Shown piece after piece: positions 35,592 to 45,113 of a stretch of DNA of 64,000 bases; the first letter of the stretch is position 1; every line of letters begins with the position of its first letter. Source of the stretch: a virus; the IMG/VR virus record IMGVR_UViG_3300017527_000761; one strand, given 5' to 3'. A model generated the notes under the pieces. That model was not told where the DNA came from, ran no database searches, and saw only the letters and a list, made by a program, of their open reading frames with translations. The position numbers and the translations under genes are program-made.

Positions 35592-37828
35592 TGGCTATTT
35601 CTATAGATTGGATTACAAGCGTTATTTCTGTGCCACAATCATATTTGACTTTGGTTAGTGGAACTATATATACTTTTGATACCAATCAATTCAGGTTAGA
35701 TTTAAAAGCTATAGAAGCTAGTATAGAAGGTATGGGATTTTTAAAAACTCATATTCACAATACAGAAGTAACTGTAGCGGGAACTACTTTTGCACGAACA
35801 GTAGAAATTCTTGCACCATATAGTGTGGAGTTTGAAGATGGCCAATATACAGTAATTTTAGAAGGATCTAATAATAACGTTTTTGATGTTGCAAATAATA
35901 TTTTAGTTCAAAATCAAGTTCAAATTATATCAACTAACTCAGCGGGCTTAATCACTGTGGTCTCTGGTTCAGGTGTAACTCCTCAAGACAAACTTGATAT
36001 AGCAGATAGAGTTTGGGATGAGGACGTTGCTGATCATGTCACGCCCGCAACATTTGGAAAAGAAGTAGCTAAAGTTGATGATTTAGGTTCAATTTCTATT
36101 TCTGGTATTTCAATCGATGCAGATGAAATATCATCAGCTGTGTGGAATAAACTTTTAATAGATCACACAATATCAGGCACTTATGGAGCAGAGGTTGCTA
36201 CTGCGGCTGATCTTGAGGTGACAAATTCAAAAATTGATGGAATAGGTAGCGGTACAGGGGCTGCTTTGAATTTTATAGCTACAGATGATAATGTGGATGG
36301 AGTCATAGCGGGTGCGCCCGTATTTACCCCACTTGCACCATTTATAGGAATACAAACAACAGGAACATATGTTAGTACTTATGCCGATGATGATAATTAT
36401 CATTACTTTGACGATGACACAAATGAGATTGATGTGATTTATCAATTTGAAGTAGGTCCTGGACGAAGCTGTGTCAAGGTAGTATTTACTGGGTATTTAA
36501 GAGGTCGCAATGATGATTGTGTAGTTAAAGCTTATAATTTTACTACAGGAGACTGGGATAATAGATATACAATAGATGGACAAGGTACTGCAAATGATAT
36601 TACTGTAGATGTAACTCTTTTATCAGCACATACGGGCACAGGAACATATGCAGGCAAAGTTTACTTGAGATTTGATTCAACTGGGTCTAACCAGCGATTA
36701 TATATAGATTCTCTAACAGCTCAGGCACAAAATCTTGGGCAAACAGTCGGTTATTCTGATGGCGCTATTTGGATTGATACTAATGCATCTAATACGAACA
36801 CTACTCCATTCGTAGATGGAACTGGAGATAATCCGGTTAGCACAATGGTAGCAGCTAATACATTATCTACAGCAGTAGGATTAAACAAATTTATTATAGT
36901 AAATGGTTCAAGTATAGAGTTTATTCAAGCACAAGAAAATCAATTATTTAAAGGAAATGATTGGGATTTAAATTTATCTGATGAGTCTATAAGTGAAAGT
37001 ACTTTTTATGGAGCAAACGTTACTGGTTCTGGACTTGCCTTAAATGCGCCCCATTTTCATGATTGTAAAATTGGAGAAACTACTATACCGGCTGGTACGT
37101 TTATAGAATGCGGTATTGGAAACAATGATGGACAATTTACGGCAGGTAGTTCTGGCGAGTATGTGTTTATAGACTGTTATAGTTTAGTACCTGGGGCAGG
37201 AACCCCTGTGTTTGATTTCAGTGGTTTAGGGGATACTACAGGTATAAATATCAGAAGATGGTCAGGCGGTACAAATATCACGCTTGATAGTGATTGTACT
37301 ATGACAGTTGAAGTAGTTACAGGTGGAGGTCAAACAATTACTACGGGTGGAGGAAATGCCGAAATTAGAGGTATATGTCGGGCAGTTACAATTACTAGTA
37401 GTGGCAGTAGTATAACACAAATTTCAGCAGTAACAGGACCTGTTGTTGTAAATGGTACTGGAGGTACGGTAAGGTTGTATGGTGTAGCTGGAGTCGTAAC
37501 AGATAATTCGAGCGGCAGTGTTACAATAGATAATAAAGCAGTTAGTCAGGATACAATTAATTTACAAATGGATTTATCTCTAACAGATTATGATGTAGCT
37601 ACCGGAACAGAAGTGACTTTATCTGAAGATAATATATTATCTACTATTTCTGGATTAAATGTAGATTTACAATTTATTAGCGATCTTGAAAGTGGTAAAC
37701 ATGTGCTTGTTGCAAATCAATTGATTTGCTATAAACCAGATAATATTACGGAACTCATTAGATTTAACTTATATGATGCTGGCGGAAGCCCAACAACAGA
37801 TGATGTTTATAGAAGAGATAGGGTATAA
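35591..37828 (+). CDS. tail spike-like protein with parallel beta-helix-type repeats
   Basis: Repeated G/T/S/N-rich short strands (GGTNITLDSDCTMTVEVVTGGGQTITTGGGNAEIRG...) typical of pectin-lyase-fold spikes. Confidence 0.45.
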   Translation: MAISIDWITSVISVPQSYLTLVSGTIYTFDTNQFRLDLKAIEASIEGMGFLKTHIHNTEVTVAGTTFARTVEILAPYSVEFEDGQYTVILEGSNNNVFDVANNILVQNQVQIISTNSAGLITVVSGSGVTPQDKLDIADRVWDEDVADHVTPATFGKEVAKVDDLGSISISGISIDADEISSAVWNKLLIDHTISGTYGAEVATAADLEVTNSKIDGIGSGTGAALNFIATDDNVDGVIAGAPVFTPLAPFIGIQTTGTYVSTYADDDNYHYFDDDTNEIDVIYQFEVGPGRSCVKVVFTGYLRGRNDDCVVKAYNFTTGDWDNRYTIDGQGTANDITVDVTLLSAHTGTGTYAGKVYLRFDSTGSNQRLYIDSLTAQAQNLGQTVGYSDGAIWIDTNASNTNTTPFVDGTGDNPVSTMVAANTLSTAVGLNKFIIVNGSSIEFIQAQENQLFKGNDWDLNLSDESISESTFYGANVTGSGLALNAPHFHDCKIGETTIPAGTFIECGIGNNDGQFTAGSSGEYVFIDCYSLVPGAGTPVFDFSGLGDTTGINIRRWSGGTNITLDSDCTMTVEVVTGGGQTITTGGGNAEIRGICRAVTITSSGSSITQISAVTGPVVVNGTGGTVRLYGVAGVVTDNSSGSVTIDNKAVSQDTINLQMDLSLTDYDVATGTEVTLSEDNILSTISGLNVDLQFISDLESGKHVLVANQLICYKPDNITELIRFNLYDAGGSPTTDDVYRRDRV

Positions 37829-38134
37829 TGGTAACAGTTAGACTAACAAAAGGAGTTGGTGTTAATATTCTAACTTGGGGACTCGGAGGTAGAATAAAGA
37901 AAATATATCAAGCAATGAGAGAATTAATAACAATGAACTCATTTATAACTAAAATAATCAGGATGGTATCAAATAACTAATGGAAATAGTATATTTTAAC
38001 TCAAAAATAACTAAAAGTCAGGATTATGATTCTAACGTAGAAATTGCTATATTATATAATAGCGCCATTTTGAATTTAATTACAGGTAATTCAATAGTAC
38101 AAAAAATCAAATATATAATTTCGAAGGTGTTCTA

Positions 38135-38422
38135 ATGGGAAAAATATATGTAGGACAAACGGCTCTGAGGTTTCAGCTTACTACTGATGTTGACGTAAAC
38201 GGGGCTACTTGTCAAGTTAAGCACAAAAAGCCAGACGGTACAATAGCTACATGGTCGGGTATTATATCTGATGCAGATACGGGAGTGTTTTATTATGATG
38301 TGCAGGCAAATGATCTAGATATTCCAGGAGATTGGATACTTTGGGCATATGTGATATTTCCAGACACAACTTTTGCTCCAGGTGAACCAAATACAATCGA
38401 AGTGTATGAGGAGGGTAAATAA
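38135..38422 (+). CDS. small beta-sandwich-like virion protein
   Basis: ORF. 150-nt AT-rich untranslated region upstream. Confidence 0.4.
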   Translation: MGKIYVGQTALRFQLTTDVDVNGATCQVKHKKPDGTIATWSGIISDADTGVFYYDVQANDLDIPGDWILWAYVIFPDTTFAPGEPNTIEVYEEGK

Positions 38423-38907
38423 TGGCAGAGACAGCTTTTGACATAACTAATGATGAAACTATTCCAACTGCAGATCGTCCTTATGTAAATAGACTTCGTA
38501 GATTCTTACAGGATCAGGATGTCTTGAACACACTCGATCAAGTACAAGAATCAACAAACGTTGATTTATATTTTGCATTACAGGATTCACTCGATGAAAT
38601 AAATGTTACCCCACCAATTACCACACATACAGCTTTTACTGACGTACCATGGAGTATCTTGAAGCTTGGCGGAGTCCTGAATATACTTATATCTCAGGGT
38701 ATACTTTCTGCACGTAATCAACTTACTTATAATGATACGGGCGGTATTCAAGTGTCTGATATAGACAAGTATGGTAGATATGTAAATTGGTTTAATGTAC
38801 TTATAGCTAAGTATCAAAGAGCAATAATTTCTTGGAAGTTAACTAAAAACGTCGATGAAGCGTATGGAGAAATTCCATCTGAATATGCGGATTTAGGGGA
38901 TGCGTAA
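38422..38907 (+). CDS. hypothetical structural protein (161 aa)
   Basis: Operon-coupled ORF. Confidence 0.45.
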   Translation: MAETAFDITNDETIPTADRPYVNRLRRFLQDQDVLNTLDQVQESTNVDLYFALQDSLDEINVTPPITTHTAFTDVPWSILKLGGVLNILISQGILSARNQLTYNDTGGIQVSDIDKYGRYVNWFNVLIAKYQRAIISWKLTKNVDEAYGEIPSEYADLGDA

Positions 38908-39698
38908 TGTTAATATTAAAGTCACTTGATATAGCAACATATGATGGCCAAAGCTATAATGTGTCTTGGGAGTTTGAACCAGATACAGATCTGTATAGTG
39001 ATTACTCTGTAAATATCTATCGTTCTGAATCACCCGTTGATGATATAACTCAATATGAAACTGTTGCTTCTGGCCTGAATGCTAACTTGTATAGTTATAT
39101 AGATACAGGAATAGCTCAGTTATTAGATCTTGGGCGTCCATGGTTCTACAAGCTTGGTATATATGAAACAATAAATATATCAGGTATTACTTATCAACCG
39201 GATCCAGCAGCGTACTTGAAAGATGAAGTTCCAAACAGAGTATTCAGGGAAATTGTAAGACGTAAAAATATTAATCTCTTGAATCCCAGATTTTCAGGGA
39301 GAGACTTCAAGATATTCAAGCGACGTTCATGGGGTACACATTGTAATGTATGTTGGGATGAATCTCTTCAACGTTCAACAGATTCAAGTTGCACCACGTG
39401 TTATGGAACGGGTTGGATTAATGGTTATTATGATGCAATAGATATTAGGGGAATGAAGAACTCTAGTCCTAAATTAAGTCAAATAAATATGTTTGGTGAA
39501 TGGAAACCGAGCGATAGTATGTTATACATGCTTGGCTATCCACCACTCAAGTCTCGTGATATAGTGGCAGATGATAATAATCACTTGTGGACAGTTGTTC
39601 AAGTACGCTCGACAGAGCATCTTGGGTATGTTATTGAACAACAAGCACAAATAGCTTCTCTAGCACAGGATGAACTTTTATATAAACAATTATTATAA
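38907..39698 (+). CDS. hypothetical structural protein with Cys4 zinc-ribbon-like motif
   Basis: CNVCWD...CTTCYGTG. Confidence 0.45.
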   Translation: MLILKSLDIATYDGQSYNVSWEFEPDTDLYSDYSVNIYRSESPVDDITQYETVASGLNANLYSYIDTGIAQLLDLGRPWFYKLGIYETINISGITYQPDPAAYLKDEVPNRVFREIVRRKNINLLNPRFSGRDFKIFKRRSWGTHCNVCWDESLQRSTDSSCTTCYGTGWINGYYDAIDIRGMKNSSPKLSQINMFGEWKPSDSMLYMLGYPPLKSRDIVADDNNHLWTVVQVRSTEHLGYVIEQQAQIASLAQDELLYKQLL

Positions 39699-40537
39699 TG
39701 GCAGTAGAATTATTATTAAAAAATGTAAGTGATGTACATCCTAATCCTAGAATAGACAGAATAAGTTCCCTCAAGCGGGGAGACTTGACGTTTGCTAAGA
39801 CTCTTCCTGATGATTGGAATACTTATGAGACGCTCCCTGAATTTGCTCGGCTTATAGTATCTGATGCAAATATATCAGGTGTTTCTCAATATATGGAACC
39901 ATGGTATGTTGAACTTGATTATGAAACTCTAAATTATGATGATGTGAATGATATATACACTGTACGTATGTTTTCTAATACTCCGGGTCTTGGAGAAATT
40001 GGTGTGCTTAAACCTGCTGATGTAGCGTCCCATTTAGAAAATTGGGGACTTGCTATTTCTGGATTTAATTCAAACGAAGTAGTTTTTGAAGCAGATATGA
40101 AAAAGGTATTTGAATCCCCTCCTTTTTGGGGAGGAGTTGCACAAGGATTAGTATTTTCACATATATCTTTTGATTTACCAAGTAAAACACACACTTTCAA
40201 GTTAAGTTATTCCGGATATTTACCATACAGAACTAGTCGAACTTCAGTCAGAAATGAAATTGAAAATTTTTTATTTTCAAATAATGCTACCATTGCACAA
40301 GAAAGTATTTATGGTCAACTAATGGAAATAGTTATACCCAGCTTAACGGTCGTACAAAAATTTAAGACGGATATTGCTTCGAAAGCTAAAAAAATTGTCT
40401 TTGCTCGTAGATATTATATTACTAATGGAGCAATGAATACTATAGAAGCCTATATGCAGAATAATAACGGCGATGCAATGACTACGGATAAAGCAACACT
40501 TTTAACTTACTTGAATGATAGGTTAGATGAAATCTAA
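39698..40537 (+). CDS. hypothetical structural protein (279 aa)
   Basis: Operon-coupled ORF. Confidence 0.45.
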   Translation: MAVELLLKNVSDVHPNPRIDRISSLKRGDLTFAKTLPDDWNTYETLPEFARLIVSDANISGVSQYMEPWYVELDYETLNYDDVNDIYTVRMFSNTPGLGEIGVLKPADVASHLENWGLAISGFNSNEVVFEADMKKVFESPPFWGGVAQGLVFSHISFDLPSKTHTFKLSYSGYLPYRTSRTSVRNEIENFLFSNNATIAQESIYGQLMEIVIPSLTVVQKFKTDIASKAKKIVFARRYYITNGAMNTIEAYMQNNNGDAMTTDKATLLTYLNDRLDEI

Positions 40538-41193
40538 TGAAATTTATTAAACATTATCTTCCGGATACAGAATATTACAAAACAGAATATCCTAAAGAAC
40601 AAATATATTTGCATCACACGGTATCTAGCTCAGCGGCTTCAGCAATGAATTGGTGGAAACAGGATGGAGTTCATGTTGCTACTGCTTATGTAATAGATAA
40701 AGATGGTACCGTTTATGAGACATTCGAACCTAAGTATTGGTCTTATCATTTAGGCTTGAGAGGAACTGGAGGAAGTATAGATAAAAAATCTATAGGTATA
40801 GAAATTGTAAATGAAGGCTGGTTAACTAAAAGAGATAATACTTTTTTATGGTTTAATGGTAAAGCAGTGTATAGAGGTCCTGTACATGAACTTGGTGTTG
40901 AATGGAGAGGTCAAAAATATTTTGCTGCATACACAGAAGCGCAAGTAAGATCTGCAGCAATAGTAACAAAAATACTTGCATATAATATGAATATACCATT
41001 TAATTTCATAGGCCATTTAAATTATGACAAAAATTTAGCTTCAAGTTTTACTGGAATACTAAATCACTGTAATGTAAGGTCAGATAAAACAGACATTTCG
41101 CCTGCATTTCCTATGAATGATTTTATAAGTAACGCAAGTTATTTAGAAAATAATCCTATTTTACCGAGAGGTCTAGACAAAATCGGAGCATAG
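40537..41193 (+). CDS. N-acetylmuramoyl-L-alanine amidase (PGRP/amidase_2 type endolysin)
   Basis: Zn-binding pattern around HHTVSS..., W/Y-rich core and GLRGTGGSIDKKSIGIEIVNEG typical of T7-lysozyme-like amidases. Confidence 0.55.
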   Translation: MKFIKHYLPDTEYYKTEYPKEQIYLHHTVSSSAASAMNWWKQDGVHVATAYVIDKDGTVYETFEPKYWSYHLGLRGTGGSIDKKSIGIEIVNEGWLTKRDNTFLWFNGKAVYRGPVHELGVEWRGQKYFAAYTEAQVRSAAIVTKILAYNMNIPFNFIGHLNYDKNLASSFTGILNHCNVRSDKTDISPAFPMNDFISNASYLENNPILPRGLDKIGA

Positions 41194-41195
41194 TT

Positions 41196-41942
41196 ATGAA
41201 ACTGTGGGACAAGATTATAAACGGTGTTTTAGCAGGAGTGTTGTTTGGCAGTATTATTTGGTTTGTTATGTATGAGCATGATAAATTCGATATACCTACT
41301 TATGAAGTACCAGAACAAATACTTGATCAACCTGAAAAGATTGATTGGGCACCACTTATTCCGGGAATTTCTAGTGTAGCTATATTTTTCTTGCGGTATT
41401 TTTTGTTTGAACGAAAGAAAAAGAAGTTACTTGTAAGACCTCCTTTATCAGACCATTTAATTTTTGATACTATAGAAGATATGCTTGAGAACGATGTGCG
41501 TCATAAGCATTTTGGCAGTGAGGGTAGAACAGAAGCCATGCGATGTATTATCACAATACAACTTGATACTTATAGAGATATACTCAAGGAATTCATTTAT
41601 GATAATCCTAAATTTATTGATGCTACAGATTTTCGGAAAAAATTACGGGCTTGTATATTTCATATGGTAGAAGAGACAACTGAAAACTGGAAAGAAAGAC
41701 AACTTCCACAGCCGCTTATTGATAAGTATAGTGCTTTATATAAACACAGAATTGATTTACTTTTAGCAGATGTGTTGTCATCAACTTTCATGGCAGATAT
41801 AGAGACAAATGAAGCATTAAATACTTTTTTAAATGATGCTCGAATTATATTTCGTTCGGGGCTTTTAGAGGATGTAGTGTTAGCTCTAAGATCAATGAAC
41901 GGAGAATTAAGTGGTTTAACTTTTAATGGTAAAAAACTATAA
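41196..41942 (+). CDS. membrane protein with two N-terminal TM helices (possible holin/lysis regulator)
   Basis: TM segments at about aa 10-26 and 55-70, then a soluble domain. Immediately follows the endolysin. Confidence 0.35.
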   Translation: MKLWDKIINGVLAGVLFGSIIWFVMYEHDKFDIPTYEVPEQILDQPEKIDWAPLIPGISSVAIFFLRYFLFERKKKKLLVRPPLSDHLIFDTIEDMLENDVRHKHFGSEGRTEAMRCIITIQLDTYRDILKEFIYDNPKFIDATDFRKKLRACIFHMVEETTENWKERQLPQPLIDKYSALYKHRIDLLLADVLSSTFMADIETNEALNTFLNDARIIFRSGLLEDVVLALRSMNGELSGLTFNGKKL

Positions 41943-43111
41943 TGAAAAATTTGTTTAGTAAAAATATTAGTATAGATAGTGAACAAAGATTCGAAGAGCA
42001 GCTACTACAGAATTTTGAATTTTATAAGTCTGCTTTTGAATTGTCTAAAGATCCTAAATTGGTTTTAGAAAATTGTGTAATTATTCGGTTTAACCCGGTC
42101 ACAATGGGGTTTTTTGAATGTGATGACCCACATTTAATACACATGCACAAGTTTAGTGAATTTTTAACTAAAGAGCTTGCAGAAACAGAGAATTTAAAAG
42201 AAAAGTGTGAAGGGAATGTTGAAGTAGAAACAGAACTAAAGACTTGTTCTGGCAATTGGGTTCCAGTAAATATAAATTTTGACACGATAGGCCAAAATGG
42301 TAAACAAAGAACTATAGTTACTGTGCATGATATTTCTGAAAGAAAGGCTGCACATAAAAAACTTGAAGAAAGTAATGAGTTTATATTTCAAATTATGGAG
42401 AACATGCCTATTGGGTTAGGAGTAAAATCTATAAGTAAAGGTGAAACCAAGTACCTAAATTCTAATTTTAGTAATATTATTGGATGGCCACTGGATGTGG
42501 CACAAGACTTTGACAAATTTTTTGAATCTGCTTACCCTGATCCTGAAGAATCAAAAAGAGTAAAAACTTTAGTAATGAATACCATAAAAAAGAAGGGTTT
42601 TGCACACTGGGATCTGGTACAAATAAAAGATTCAAAAGGAAAAGAACGCCTGTTAGATATTACGATGTTTGCTATCGAAGAACAAGATAGCATTATCACC
42701 ATGATAAGCAATGTTACACAAGAAATAAAAGATAGGGCATGGCTTAAAGTTAAAAGTGAAGCTATCAAAGCAATTCCTAATAGTGTAGTGATTACTAAAA
42801 TTGACGGTGAGATTTTATGGGTTAATCCGGCTTTTACTAGAATTTATGGGTATACTCTTGATGAGGTAAAAGGCCAAACTCCGCGCATCTTAAAATCCGG
42901 AAAACACGATGATAAATTCTATAAAGATATGTGGGACCATATTATATCTGATAAAATATGGAAGGGTAGGTTGTTTAATAAAAAGAAAGATGGGACTATT
43001 TTTGAGGACATACAAATTATATCCCCAGTAAAAGCAACAGGTACAGAAATCACTCATTTTGTAGCTATAAAAAACTTAACTGAAGAAGAACTTGACTATA
43101 ATGCAAAATAA
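41942..43111 (+). CDS. multi-PAS-domain protein without recognisable output domain
   Basis: ILWVNPAFTRIYGYTLDEVKGQTPRILKSG...GTIFEDIQIISPV... is a canonical PAS core. IVTVHDISERKAAHKKLEESNEF is a typical PAS C-terminus plus linker. Confidence 0.7.
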   Translation: MKNLFSKNISIDSEQRFEEQLLQNFEFYKSAFELSKDPKLVLENCVIIRFNPVTMGFFECDDPHLIHMHKFSEFLTKELAETENLKEKCEGNVEVETELKTCSGNWVPVNINFDTIGQNGKQRTIVTVHDISERKAAHKKLEESNEFIFQIMENMPIGLGVKSISKGETKYLNSNFSNIIGWPLDVAQDFDKFFESAYPDPEESKRVKTLVMNTIKKKGFAHWDLVQIKDSKGKERLLDITMFAIEEQDSIITMISNVTQEIKDRAWLKVKSEAIKAIPNSVVITKIDGEILWVNPAFTRIYGYTLDEVKGQTPRILKSGKHDDKFYKDMWDHIISDKIWKGRLFNKKKDGTIFEDIQIISPVKATGTEITHFVAIKNLTEEELDYNAK

Positions 43112-43130
43112 CAATATATTCTAATAAACC

Positions 43131-43322
43131 ATGGGAATTGCGTATTCGTATACTTTGAAAAGGGTCGATAATGTGGGCGAAAGTTTTCGTTCAGATATGA
43201 ATATTGTCGAACTTGCAAGAAAACGTGCTCAAAAGAAACACAAGCGCAAATACATTGAACAAGATTTAGGAACTGATCCTATCCCTGTAAAAGACTTTTT
43301 ATATAAACGACTTGAGATATAA
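43131..43322 (+). CDS. hypothetical protein (63 aa)
   Basis: ORF. Confidence 0.35.
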   Translation: MGIAYSYTLKRVDNVGESFRSDMNIVELARKRAQKKHKRKYIEQDLGTDPIPVKDFLYKRLEI

Positions 43323-44311
43323 TGCAACTATACAATCCTTACAATAATATAAACCTGTGGATTAAACACACGTTTCTAAGTTTTGCTCAAGGATATTTTT
43401 CGCTAGATACTAAGTTTACATGGGATAGTAACCCGCAAACAACTAAAATTATAATTGCTGATAAGTTTGCAGTAGATCTGGGTGTTATAGAAAAGAGACC
43501 AGCAATAGTATTATCTCGTGGAAGTTTTGGTTGGACAGATACAATACGTGGGCAAGATGGACAAAATAGTGTTCTTTCAAGTAAGAAGGTAGATACATTG
43601 TCTCCCGAACCTAGTGGAGATAGATGGTTAGATTTTTCATTTACTGATTTGTTACGTGGTTCTATTACTTATAATGTTCTTTCAAAAAATGGTATAGAAG
43701 CAGAAGAAATAGCAAATAAATTGTTTATAGCCCTTAGTGGGTACAAACAAGAATTAAGAAAATATGGTATTCATAAGACTACGGGACTTTCAATTGGCGA
43801 TGAAAGAATTGTAAAAACAACATCTGAAATAGAAGCAATGGGAGTCACAGTAAGTTTAGGATTTATAGCACAGAAAACTGTAGAAAAAGCAGGCAAATTA
43901 AATAACATAGAGGTTGTTGTTCAGATACCTAGAGAGACAACTACTGGAACAGTTACTGTAGATATTCCAGTATATGAAAACATAGATTACAAGATAACAA
44001 ATAATGGTACAACGGTTGAGTTTACAAATCCACCGGCAGATAATACAGAAGCTATAAACGTTAGTTTTGTAAATGCAGTAGATTTAGAAACAGTCACATC
44101 AGAACTTGTAGGAGATTATGATGGAGAAAATACTACCTATACTGTACTTAGTGGCGCTGTGTATGGCTATTATGTTTTGAACAATGCAATAATTATAAGT
44201 GGTACTTATACTGTGTCTGGGCTAACTGATTATATATTTAATACAGAATCAGGTCTGACCCAAACAGAAGAAGTAGCGAGCCCCGATCCATTTATAAGTA
44301 TTACTAATTAG
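43322..44311 (+). CDS. hypothetical structural protein (329 aa)
   Basis: ORF upstream of the sheath-like gene. Confidence 0.45.
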   Translation: MQLYNPYNNINLWIKHTFLSFAQGYFSLDTKFTWDSNPQTTKIIIADKFAVDLGVIEKRPAIVLSRGSFGWTDTIRGQDGQNSVLSSKKVDTLSPEPSGDRWLDFSFTDLLRGSITYNVLSKNGIEAEEIANKLFIALSGYKQELRKYGIHKTTGLSIGDERIVKTTSEIEAMGVTVSLGFIAQKTVEKAGKLNNIEVVVQIPRETTTGTVTVDIPVYENIDYKITNNGTTVEFTNPPADNTEAINVSFVNAVDLETVTSELVGDYDGENTTYTVLSGAVYGYYVLNNAIIISGTYTVSGLTDYIFNTESGLTQTEEVASPDPFISITN

Positions 44312-44335
44312 TTCCAATCCTAAAAAAGGAGATAT

Positions 44336-45094
44336 ATGAACAAACTATCAGAAGAAATAGTTTTAGCTAGTTTTTTAAATGAATTAGAAAAGCAGGCTGG
44401 TTTAAAAACTATAGTAAAAGTTTTGAAAAACGTGGATTTGGTAGCAGGTACTAAGGGCATCAAGGAAGGATTAAAAGTCCTTGAGAAACATAAAGGCCCC
44501 GTGTTTGCATTGCCAAAAGGAGCCTTAAAGAAACCCGTTAAAGTAGAAACTTATGCAAAAAATGTTGGTGGTGTTGAGAAATACATTTTAAGAGAATTTG
44601 GAGATACGGCACATGCCTTTCGCAGAGTTAGTGAAGGTGTAGGTAAGGGTAAATCTCTTTCTACAAATGCTACAACTCTAGCTAAAAACTTTGGTCATTT
44701 ATTGAAAGATCAAGTAAGAGGTGCCAGATATAAAGTTATCTCAAAAGAAACAGCCACACTAACTGGACCTAAAATAATACCTAAAGCAATAAAAAGTAGG
44801 TTGAAAAAAACCAAAATTCAGGGCAAAGGTTTATTTAAACATGAAAGATTTAACAGACCTATACAGGGAAGAACTAGCGCTGGTGATTATATAGTGAAAA
44901 AAAGAAAAGGTGCAGTCCCAGGCGCTATGGCATTGACCCCAATAGGATTCGGTGCTGGAACTTTTTTATTGGGCTCTGGAAAGAAAAATGAATCCCTTGT
45001 ATCTAGAACAAGCGGTGGATTACAAGAAACAGCACTGTGGTCATTAGCACCACCTGTAGCTCAAGTTAAACTAATTTCTGATATGTTAAAATAA
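44336..45094 (+). CDS. basic K/G-rich hypothetical protein (252 aa)
   Basis: ORF with SD AAAGGAGA. Confidence 0.45.
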   Translation: MNKLSEEIVLASFLNELEKQAGLKTIVKVLKNVDLVAGTKGIKEGLKVLEKHKGPVFALPKGALKKPVKVETYAKNVGGVEKYILREFGDTAHAFRRVSEGVGKGKSLSTNATTLAKNFGHLLKDQVRGARYKVISKETATLTGPKIIPKAIKSRLKKTKIQGKGLFKHERFNRPIQGRTSAGDYIVKKRKGAVPGAMALTPIGFGAGTFLLGSGKKNESLVSRTSGGLQETALWSLAPPVAQVKLISDMLK

Positions 45095-45113
45095 TTTATT
45101 GGAGGATATATAA

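Noticed and set aside
37828-37983. 51-aa ORF in the 300-nt gap after the spike gene
   Set aside because: Short, no SD, AT-rich region. The gap more likely holds the promoter or leader for 38135.
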